NCBI RefSeq assembly: GCF_036321535.1
Contig: NC_087436.1
Span: forward strand, 104,224,001-104,288,000
Direction: 5' to 3'
Source of the DNA: Camelus dromedarius
Taxonomy: Eukaryota
DNA: 64,000 nucleotides
The notes beneath the pieces were generated by a model, which worked only from the letters and a program-made list of their open reading frames with translations, searched no databases and had not been told where the DNA came from. The position numbers and the translations under genes are program-made. Within the stretch, counting starts at the first letter, position 1. Each line of letters begins with the position of its first letter. This document shows positions 52,857-64,000 of the stretch, one piece after another.

Positions 52857-55800
52857 GGGAAAGTGGCCAAGATGGTGGAGTAGAAGGACCTTGAGCTCAC
52901 CTACCCTTACGCGCACACTAAAATCACAACTAACTGCAGAACAACCATCGATGAAAAAGACTGAAACCTACCAGAAATGATCTTCCACAGCTAAAGACAT
53001 AAAGAAGAAACCACAATGAGATGAGTAGGAGGGGTGGATTTGCGATATAATCAAATCCCAGACATCCTGGGTGGGTGACCCACAAACTGGAGAATAATTA
53101 CATTGCAGAGGTTCTCCCACAGGAGTGAGCCCAACATCAGGCTCCCCAGTCTGAGTGTCCAGTACCAGGAAGAGACAGCCCCAGAACATTTGGCTTTGAA
53201 GGTCAGCAGGGCTTAACTGCTGTCCCCACAGGTGTGAGGGAATTAGAGACCTCACTCTTAAAAGACATACACAAAATCTCATATGCGCCAGGATGAAGGG
53301 CAAAAGCAGTAATTTCATAGAAGCCTGGGCCAGACCTACCTGCTGGTCTTGGAGAGTCTCCTGGGGAGGCAGTGGGGAGCTGTGGCTCACCCTGGAGACA
53401 TACAATGGTGGTGGACATATTGGGGAGTATTTGTCTGTATAGACTCTCCAGGAGGCTGACATCTTGGGTCATTAGCACCAAGACCTGGCCCCACCCAACA
53501 ACCTACAGGCTCCAGTACAGGGATGTCTCAGGCCAAACATCTAAATGGGTGGAGACACAGCTCCACCTTCCTGAGCCTATAGCCATTTCTAGACATGCCC
53601 CTAGACATGGCCCTGCTTGCCAGCGAGCTAAGACCCAGCTCCACCTACCAGGGGGAAGACACCAGAAGCAAGAAAACTACAATCCCACAGCCTGTGGAAG
53701 AAGTCCACAAATGCAGGTCAGTCCCTACCCTGGGACCAGCAGACCCCAGGGAGAGAGGAGTGCACAGTTGGAATGCATAGAGCATCTCCTACAGAGGGCC
53801 ACTTCTCCAAGGTCAATAAACATAATTAACCTACCACATACACTACAATACAAATAGCAATTTAGATAAAATGAGGTGGCAAGGGAATATGTTCCAGACG
53901 AAAGAACAAGATAAAAATCCCAGAAGAACTAAGTGATCTGGAGATAGGCAATCTACCCAAGAAAGAGTTCAGAGTAATGATGGTAAAGATGATCAAAGAA
54001 CTTGGGAGGAGAATGGATTCACAGAGTAAGAAGACAGACATTTTTACCAGACTTAGAAAACAGAATTGAAGAATATAATAACTGAAATGAAATACACTGG
54101 AAGGAATTAATAGTAGACTAAATAATGCAGAAGAATGGATCAGTGAGCTGGAAGACAGAGTAGTAGAAATCACTACCACAGAACAGAAAAAAGAAAAAAG
54201 AATGAAAAGAAATAAAAACAGTTTGAAACCTCTGGGAAAACATCAAGCATACTAATAGGCATCTCAGAAGGAGAAGAGAGAGAGTAGGGGCCTGAGAAAA
54301 CATTTGAGGAGATAATAGCTGAAAACTTCCCTAACCTGAGAAAGGAAACAGTCATCCAAGTCCGGAAAGTGCAAAGAGTCCTATACAGGATTAACCCAAA
54401 GAGGAACATACCAAGATTCACTGTAATCAAAATGACAAAAATTAAAGAGAGACTATTAAAAGCAACAAGGTAAAAGCAACAAATAACATACAAGGAAACT
54501 CCCATAAGGTAATCAGCTGATTTTTCAGCAGGAAACTCTGCAGACCAGAAGGGAGTGGTACAATATATTTAAAGTGATAAAAGGGAAAAACCTACAACCA
54601 AGAATACTCTACTCAGCAGGCCCTCATTCAGATTTGAGGGAGAAATCAAAAGCTTGCAAGCAAAAGCTAAAATAATTCAGCACACCAAAGCACTTTACAA
54701 AAATTGCTAAAGGAACTTCTCTACACAGAAAAGAAAAGGCCACAACCTGAAACAAAAAAATTATGAAATGGAAAAGCTCATCAGTAAAGGTAGGGAATCA
54801 TCCACACACAAACTAGTCAGGAGGTTAAAAGACAAAAGTAGTAAAATCATTTGTATCCACAATAAGCACTTAAGGGATATATAAAACAATTAGAGGTAAA
54901 GTATGACATCAAAAACAGTAAATGTGATCAGAGGAAACTACAAATGCAGGGTATTTAAAATATATTTGAAATTAAGAGATCAACAACTTAAAACAATCAC
55001 TTATACATATTGACTGCTTTACCAAAACTTCATGGTAACAACAAACTGAAAAGCTATAATACATTTACACACAAAGGAGAAAAAAGGAGTTCAGACATAA
55101 CACTAAAGATAGTTTTCAAATCACAAGAGAACAAAATAATAAAGGTGAAAAATACCCACAAAAACAAATCCAAAACAATTAACAAAATAGCAATAAGAAC
55201 ATACACATTGATAATTACCTTAAATGTAAATGGACTAAATGCTGCAATCAAAAGCACAGACTGACTGAATGGATACAAAAATAAGATCCATATATATGCT
55301 GCCTACAAGAAACTCACTTCAGGTCTGAAGACACATACAAACTGAAAGTGAGGGGATGAATAAAGTTATTCCAAGCAAATGGAAACCAAAAGAAAGCCAG
55401 AGTTGCAATACTTATATCAGACAAAATAGACTTCAAAATAAAGACTGTTACAAGGAACAAAGAAAGACACTACATTATGATTAAGGGATCAATCCAAGAA
55501 GAAGATATAACAATTGTACATATAGTTCACCTACCATAAGAGCACCTCAATATAAAAGGCAAATATTAACAGACATAAAAAAGAAATTGGAATTATCCCA
55601 GTAATAGTTGGGGGGCTTTAACACCACACTTACATCAATGCAGATGATCTGGACAGAAAATCAATAAGCAAACAAAGGCCTTAAATGACACATTAGACCA
55701 GATAGACTTAATTGATATTTATAGAGCATTCCATCCAAAAGCAGCAGAATACACATTCTTTTCAAGTACACATGGAACATTCTCTGGGATAGACCACATG

Positions 55801-58415
55801 CTGGGCCACAAAGCAAGCCTCAATAAATTTAAGAAAATTGAAATCATATCAAACATCTTTTCTGACCATAATGCTATAACATTAGAAATAAACTACAAAA
55901 GCAATTTTTAAAAACTGCAAAAACACGAACAGGTGGAGGCTAAACAATATGTTACTAAACAACCAATGGACCACTGAAGAAATCAATAAGGAAATGAAAA
56001 AATATCTAGAGACAAATAAAAACAAAAACAAGAAGATCCAAAACCTATGGGACACAACAAAATCAGTTTTAAGAGGGAAGCTGATAGTGATACATGCTTA
56101 CCTCAAGATATAAGACAAATCTCAAATAAACAACCTAACCTTACACCTAAAGCAGCTAGAGAAAGAACAAACAAAATCCAAAGTTAGCAGAAGAAAAGAA
56201 ATCATAAAGATCAGAGCAGAAATAAATGAAATAGAGACTAAAATAAAATAGAAAAGATCAATGAAACTAAAAGCCGGTTCTTTGAAAACATAACAAAATT
56301 GATTGAAACCTTTTGACAGACTCATCAAGAAAAAAAGGGAGATGGCCTAAATCAATAAAATCAGAAATGAAAAAGGAAAAGTTACAATCAACACTACCAA
56401 AATACAAAGGAACATAAGAGACTACTATGAGCAACTATATGCCAATAAAATGGACAACCTAGAAGAAATGGACAAATTCTTAAAAAGATACAATCTTCCA
56501 AGACTGAATCAGAAAGAAATGTAAAATATGAACAGACCAATTACCACTGCTGAAATTGAATCACTAAAGACTTCCAACAAACAAAAGTCTAGGAACAGAT
56601 GGCTTCACAGCTGAATTCTACCAAACATTCAGAGAGTTAACACCTATCCTGAAACTAATCCAAAAATTGTAGAGGAAGGAATGCTTCTGAACTCAATCCA
56701 TGAGGCCATTACCCTGATATGAAGGCCAGACAAAGATATCACAAAAAAAGAAAATTACAGTCACCATCCCCACCCACCCCATCCTATCTTGAGAATCACT
56801 GTTGTGAACCAGTGTTCTTGACAATTCACAGATCTCTGTGACAACTCAAAACTCATCTATGATGAACACAGATGCAAAAATCCTCAACAAAATACTAGCA
56901 ACTCCAACTCCAACAAGACATTACGAGGATCATATACATAATCAAGTGAGAATTATCCCAGGGATGCAAGAATTTTTTAATATCTTCAAATCAATCAAGG
57001 TGATACACCAAATTAAAAACTGAAAGATAAAAACCATATGATCCTTTCAACAGAGACAGAAAAAGCTTTTCATAAAATTCAACAATCATTTATAATAAAA
57101 ACTCTTCAGAAAGTGGGCACAGAGGGAACACACCTGAAAATAATAAAGGCCATATATGACAAACCTATGGCTAATATCATACTCAACAGTGAAAAGCTAA
57201 AAGCATTCCTTTTAAGATCAGGAATAAGACAAGAATGCCCACTCTCACCACTTTTATTCAACATAGTTTTGGAAGTCCTACCCATAGCAATCAAAGAAGA
57301 AAAATAAACAAAAGGAATTCAAACTGCAAAGGAAGTAAAACTGTCACTGTTTGCAGATGACATGATAAATACTAAAGACACCACCAGAAAACTACTAAAT
57401 CTCATTATTGAATTTGGTAAAGTTGTAGGGTACAAAATTAATATAGAAATCTGTTGCATTTCTATACACTAACAAAATATCAGAAAGAAAAATTAAGGAA
57501 ACAATCCCAGTTACCATTTCATCAACAACAATAAAATACCTAGAAATGAATCCACCTAAGGAGGCAAAAGATCTACACTCAGAAAACAGTAAGATGCTGA
57601 CTAAAGAAATTGAAGATGACACAAACAGGTGGAAAGATATACACTGTTCTTGGATTGGAAGAAGCAATATTGTTAAAATGACCATAATACTCAAGGCAAT
57701 CTACAGGTTTAATGTAATCTATCAAATTACCAATGGCATTTTTCATAGAACTAGAACAAAAATTTTTTAATTTGTATGAAAAACACAAAAGACCCCGAAT
57801 AGCCAAAACAATCCTGAGAAAGAACAGAGCTGGAGGAATCATGTGCCCGGAATTTAAACTATACTACAAAGCTATGATAATCAAAACAGTATGGTACCAG
57901 CACATAAACAGACACATAGATTAATGGAACAGGATAGAGAGCCCAGAAATAAACCCACACACTTATGGTCAGTTAATCTACAACAAAGGAGACAAGAATA
58001 TACAACAGAGAAAAGACAGTCTCTTCAATAAGTTGGCGCTGGGAAAACTGGACAGCTATATGTAAAAGAATGAAATTAGAACATTCTCTAACACCATATA
58101 TAAAAATAAACTCAAAATGGATTAAAGACCTAAATGTAAGCTCGGACATTATAAAACTCCTAAGGGAAAACATAAGCAGAACACTCTTTGACATAAATCG
58201 CAGCAATATTTTTTGGATCTTTCTTCTACAGTAATGGAAACTTATGCAAAAATAAATAAATAGGATCTAATTAAACTTAAGAGCTTTTGCACAGTAAAGG
58301 AATAATAAACAAAATGAAAAGACAACCTATTGAATGGGAAAAAATATCTGCAAATAATATGACCCACAAGCAATTAATATCCAACATATATAAACAGCTC
58401 ATACAACTCAACATC

Positions 58416-58446
<31 letters not shown>

Positions 58447-59368
58447 ACCAACCAACCCAATTAAAAAATGGGCAGAAGACCTAAATAGACATTTCTCCAA
58501 AGAAGGCATACAGATGACCATCAGGCACATGAAAATATGCTCAACATCACTAATTATTAGAGAAATGCAAATCAAAACTACAAGGAGGTGTCACCTCACA
58601 CCAGTCAGAATGGCCACCATCAAAAAGTCTACAAATAATAAATGGTGGATAGGGTGTGGAGAAAAGGGAACCCTCCTATACTGCTGGTGGCAATATAAAT
58701 TGGTACAGCCACTATGGTAAACAGAATGGAAGCTCCTTAAAAAACTAAAAATAGAGTTACCATGTGTTCCAGCAATCCCCACTCCTGGGCATGTATCTGG
58801 AAAAAATGAAAACTAATTCAAAAAGATACATGCACCTCAATGTTCACAACAGCACTATTTACAAGAGCCAAGACATAGAAGCAACCTAAATGTCCACTGA
58901 CAGATGAATGGATAAAGCAGATGTGGTATGTATATAATGGAATATTACTCAGCCATAAAAAATGAAATAACGCCAATTGCAGCAATATGGATGGACCTAG
59001 AAATTATGCTAAGAGAAAGACAAATGTCATACGATATCACTTATATGTGGAATCCAAAGAAATGATACAAATGAATTTGTTTACAAAACAGAAATAGACT
59101 CACCAACATAGAGAACAAACTTATGGTTACCAAAGGGGAAGTTGCAGAGGGGGATAAATTAGTAATTGAGGATTAACATATACACACTACTATATATAAA
59201 ACAGATAAACAATAAGGACCTACTTATAGCACAAAGAATTATATTCAATATCTTGTAATAACCTATAATGGGAAAGAATCTGAAAAAGAATATATATGTA
59301 TAACTGAATCACTCTACTGTATACCTGAAACATTGTAAATCAACTCTACTTCAATAAATTTTTTTAAA
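52857..59368 (+). mobile_element. Near-full-length inactive L1 (~6.5 kb), antisense to TBC1D19 in intron 1
   Basis: 5' end CAAGATGGTGGAGTAG; GC-richer 5'UTR to about 53870; ORF1 remnant about 53871-54770; ORF2 remnant from about 55186 (IITLNVNGLN endonuclease motif; RT motifs [18 protein letters not shown] and FADDM); 3'UTR; many stops and frameshifts. Confidence 0.95.
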
Positions 59369-61449
59369 ATGTTGAATTGGGTATGTCCATTTCTTCCTAA
59401 TATTTTTGTTTCCTTCTAAAACTGTAGATCAGATTTGTTTCTGTAACTGTAGCAGTCCCAGTGGACATACACTGTAGCCAGAAATGAGTTTAGTTTCAAA
59501 TTGGAAATGTTGGCTCTGTGCAAGCTGACCACGCCTTATAACCAATCTGTGTCATATAATTCGAGCTCTACTCTGGTTCCTCTCACCTGAGGATGGATCC
59601 CTCACTGGTTTTCGTCTGATGACACCGCCAAGTTGATCCACTTCTCCGTCAGCACTGGCTGTCTTACACTCCTTACTCCACATCTTTACTTCCTTAGCCT
59701 CCCTCACAATATACTTTATGCCTGAAACATTAGTAATCAGTCTTTTCCCTCTCATTTAAACATGGCCTTATCTAATTCAAGAACCCTACATTACCTTCTC
59801 TAAGCAACTTAGTACAGAAATAAAACATGAGGAGATATACTTACTTATACACAGCAAACCCACATTTCTACAGTTATCTAATCCCTCAAGCACACAAATT
59901 CTGTGGGGACAAGAAGTTCCTTATTTCATAATCCTGTACATTATAATTCATCTCTACACTGTCTTACTTTCCAAGATGAAAGGACATGAAAAAAGCCTAG
60001 GCAGATATTGGTAAAGATGAAACCACTCTCTGGTTAACAGCAAACACAAAGAGTCACTGAATTATTAATTTATGTATCAACTGCAGCAGTTCCATATGGA
60101 GCTTCCTCTAATATATGCCAAATCCCACCCTAGAGAGAAGAAAAAGACAGAAGATAGTAAGCTCTAATCATGGCACAGGACTTTAAATACTAATATATGT
60201 CCTACTCATCCATGCCTAATAGAAAATATAATTAGAATCTATTTAAGTAAACATATTTAATTTTCATTTCCCTAAAATAAATAATAAATAAATGCCAGAT
60301 TCTTCGCTCATTTTTATGATCTCTAAATTCTCTATTCATGGTACATATTTCTGATAATGATGAATAAAAACAAACAATATTTGAGATATGATTTCCTAAC
60401 TTTTTTAGTAAGGAACACTAGCATTGTAATGCTCTGTGGTTCTAGACTCATGACAACATCCTATCAGTTATATTATTCCTTCTCTCTTCAAAGCCTATCT
60501 TCTTTCAGGTTCCTTCCTTTCACAATTCTATTATTTATAATAACAATGTGAGCAACAAGACTTACCAAGCACTTAATGGAATGCAAATAACATTTGAGGT
60601 CTTACACAACATCCATTTTAAACACAAATAATGTGTGATACAAAATAACAATGTTAATCTGGTGCTAGACATCAAATTTGGAATTAGGTTATCTCTCTAA
60701 TGTCTAGAGGATGAGTTAGCAAATTCAGTTTTAAGATGTAGGCTGTCTTTGTAATTTAAGAAAACTCAGCAATCAAACAACATAACCTTTTTTCCAGAAA
60801 CACAAAATTCTGTGTTATTATACTAAGATCTTAAACAATTAAACTTCAATTTATAAAAAGATACATTAAAATAAAATCACTGTTTAATACTAAAAGAGAA
60901 GAGCTAGTGGCAGGGGAAAAATCTGAAAATCATTCATATTTGGCTTTGAAAATATTCTATGTGATTTTATTTTTCTAATTAACTTGGGCCAACACGGCTC
61001 TAGCACTTTCTGAACATACTTGGACAAAATGAAGGCAGTGTAGAAAATGCTGGTGTCAGGAAAAATGCCCTACTGATTAAATTTTTAAAGTCATGTAACA
61101 AACAGGCAATTGTTTAAAAGTATATTATCAAAGCTGATTGTAAGGTTGCTTTTAAGAGTTAGATGATTTCTATTAAATGTCTGAGCTACTGGATATAAAC
61201 TAAAGCAAAGTTGTTACTACATATTTTTCAACCCAAGACTGTATTAGTTTTAAATGATTTATAGTTATATTTTTAAAAATATGAATCTATAATATTATAT
61301 ATCTTTTATTTTATTTATCTTAAGAATCAGCCTAATACATGTTTTTGAGTTTCCCATGTAACTATCTCCTTTCCCTGCCTTTATTTTTCCTTCCCTGCTC
61401 TATTTTTTATTACAGCAAGGCAATTAACTGCCTGAGGTTATATGTATAG

Positions 61450-61776
61450 ATACATAATCATTTATTTGAAATTCCAAAGTTTTCTTCATAACTGAATTGG
61501 TGGCAAAATCTGTCCTGACTTGTACTCATTTGTTGGCAAAAATCTGATCTGACCTGAATTGATATGAGACTATTTATAGCCCTTATTTATCACACTTAGT
61601 GTTAAAATTCATACATTTTGCTGCATAAATATTAATATGTTTAATTACAAGGTAATATAAGATAATGGTAGAGATACTAAATAACATACAAAATATGCAT
61701 GAATTTCTAGAATTTGAAAAATCTGAATTCCAAAACATATCTGCCCCTAGGTTTTGGATAAGGGATTGTGGACCTG
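61450..61776. mobile_element. Old Tigger-family MITE fragment
   Basis: Right terminus TTTTGGATAAGGGATTGTGGACCTG followed by TA; left end unclear. Confidence 0.6.
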
Positions 61777-62789
61777 TATTTATTTGTAACACTATGATCG
61801 CTCCATGAGGGGAGAACTTTATTTTTATTCATTGTTGTATCCCCTGGCCTGGAACTGTGCCTGACACATAGTAAATACTCAATAAACACTTATTGAATAA
61901 TCAAATAAATAATTACATTGAATTAATACAAGTAGAGTTCAAAACAAAAAGGAACAAAAATATTTCTTCAAGGCAGTCATCTCCAAATAAAGTTATATTT
62001 TATATAGGTCTTGAATCTCTTACTTGCAATTCTAAATTACAAAAAGCTTTGAAAACAGTTTTCTCATTACTGTTTTCTTTCTGGAACTTCAGGCTATCTT
62101 ATAAAATTGAGAAATAGTTATTAACTTATTAGATTACAAATCAGAACAAAAAGATATATTTAAAAGAAAAACATTTTTAAAGAAAAGCAGAGTCCCACAT
62201 CAAACTTTGAATTCCTTAAGGTAAGAATGCTTTTAGAAAACTTTTATCACTAGCAAAGTGTCTAGCACATAGTTGGTACTCAATATATATATATTGTTAG
62301 AATGAACATTAAAAAAGAAGAATTGAGATTTATTCCATTTAATAAAGACATGCTGAGCACCTTTCTCATGCCAGTCATTATGCTAGGTGTAGAAGACAGT
62401 AGACCAAGACAGACACAGTCTTTTCCTGCCTTCATGAAACTCAGATTTAGTGGGGAAGGCAAACATTTAAATAATACAAAAGCTAAAGTTCCAGGTACTA
62501 TGGATCACCAAAAAAGGAGTACCTAAATTAAACTGGGAGGTTACTGAAGACCTATAAAACTTAGACAGTCATGGCTGAAGGGTAGAGGGTGAAGAACAGT
62601 GCTATCAAGCTTTTAGGCCTAATTAAGGATTTTATACATTTTTCTAAGGGCAATGAGAAGCACTGAAGGGTTTTTAACAAAGGAGTGATACCTCATTCCA
62701 ACTTTTAAAGAACACTCAGGCTTCTATTTACTGAGCACTTACTATGTGCCAGGCATATTATCTTGTTCAATCCTCACAAAACAGGCCCT

Positions 62790-64000
62790 GTATTTCCAAG
62801 TTGTATGGAGGAGCTGGTGGCTGGTCAGTATCCCTATGTAGAAAAAACAGTAGAGCCAAACAAACAAGCAAACAAAAATCCAACCATCTGAGGACAGAAG
62901 AGGGTTGCTGAGAGAACAAGAACTGGAGTGAACAGAAAGGGAAAAATCCTGTGAGACAAACTGCCTTCTGCAGCCATGTTTTCCCTGGGATCGTTATTCT
63001 GAGCATGAACAGAAAACCAAGAATCAGGTCAAACCCAGTACGAAGCCTGATGGAGGGCTCATAGGATGGATAGAGAAATAAGCAGAGCTTTGGCAGAGAC
63101 TTAAGATCTTATGCACATGGCCAGTTTTCTCAAGCAATTCTTTAAACACTAGAACTCTGTGGGGTGGAAGACTAAAAACCTAACCAGAAAACCTGTGAAA
63201 AAAGTTTTTTAGCAGTCTGACAAGAAGAACGTTAGCGTTCAGGACCCAAGAGAGAAAATGATCCTTAGAATTTATCAAATTATTTGTTGAAAACTTAGGA
63301 GAGCCAGGAAAGAACCATTCGAAGAGCAAGCCTGAAAGTAAAACTCAGCCTCAACCCAGCACACTCCTAACTGGATTAATGGAATCAGTCACAAGACTAT
63401 CTGCCCAGCAGAGAGGAGGGTAAACCCTCAATAAAGAAAGGTATCAGCAAATCTCAAACTCCCAACATACATGTATGGCTGAAACACTATACTGTACACC
63501 AGAAATTGACACAACATTGTAAACTGACAATACTTCAATTAAAACATAAATTTTAAAAATCCAAAGGGGGAAAAAAACGAAAGATATCAGAAGGAGGCAT
63601 TACAATTTTTCAGACTCAATGGCATCAAATAAAAATTAATAGGCATGCCAACAGACAAAATCAGACGAACAAAATCTAAGAGAAAATAACATAAAATAAC
63701 CATAGACAGAGATCCATATGTGATCCAGATATTAGTGTTAACTGACAAAGACTTTAAAATAATTACGAGTTATATTTTTTAAACGAGAAAAACTGGACAA
63801 AGTAGATGAAAAGCAGATAATTTTACCTGAGAATTGGAATCAATAAAAGACAACTATCTGGAAATTTTAGAACTGAAAAATACACTAAATGTAAATAAGA
63901 ATTCGTTAGATGGATTTAACAAGAGATGTAAAATAGCATAAAACAAGATTAGTGAATTGAAAGCAAATCAAAAGAAAATAACCAAATTGAAGCACAAAGG
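62790..64000 (+). mobile_element. Ancient L1M 5'UTR/ORF1 region, running off the window
   Basis: ORF1-like degenerate text (GATCCAGATATTAG...GACAAAGACTTTAAAATA...TTTTAGAACTGAAAAATAC...TAGATGGATTTAAC...ATTAGTGAATTGAA). Confidence 0.7.
63448..63578 (+). mobile_element. Tiny 5'-inverted L1 insertion
   Basis: Duplication GAAAG(G/A)TATCAG at 63436-63447 and 63579-63590; antisense CAAATCTCAAACTCCCAA joined to the sense L1 tip. Confidence 0.7.

Noticed and set aside
59370..64000. Search for TBC1D19 exon 1 and promoter
   Set aside because: No CpG island and no sequence encoding the expected N-terminus; it must lie beyond the window.

Overview
AT-rich, repeat-dense mammalian DNA, probably from a camelid (two tRNA-derived Vic-1-type SINEs and camelid-type L1 3' ends). 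The whole window lies inside one minus-strand gene, TBC1D19. Ten coding exons (exons 2-11 by my recollection of the human gene; 717 nt, 239 codons) have GT-AG boundaries and splice into one open frame. Exon 1 lies beyond position 64000 and exons 12 onward lie before position 1. The rest is intron filled with L1, L2, MIR, HAL1, MaLR/ERVL LTRs, Tigger and Charlie relics. Most unusual: two independently inserted L1 fragments in inverted orientation (13205-14468 and 18345-20047) bracket 73-nt exon 9. By manual comparison they differ at only 2 of about 1167 core positions and share a nonsense codon, while their 3' tips and one copy's unusually long (~60 bp) target-site duplication have diverged. 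This suggests gene conversion maintaining a potential ~1.2-kb pre-mRNA stem. A near-full-length L1 in intron 1 has an antisense 5'UTR ORF with a donor in phase with exon 2 (ORF0-like, speculative). Repeat subfamily names are recalled from memory and repeat boundaries are approximate. I found no clearly new protein-coding system.
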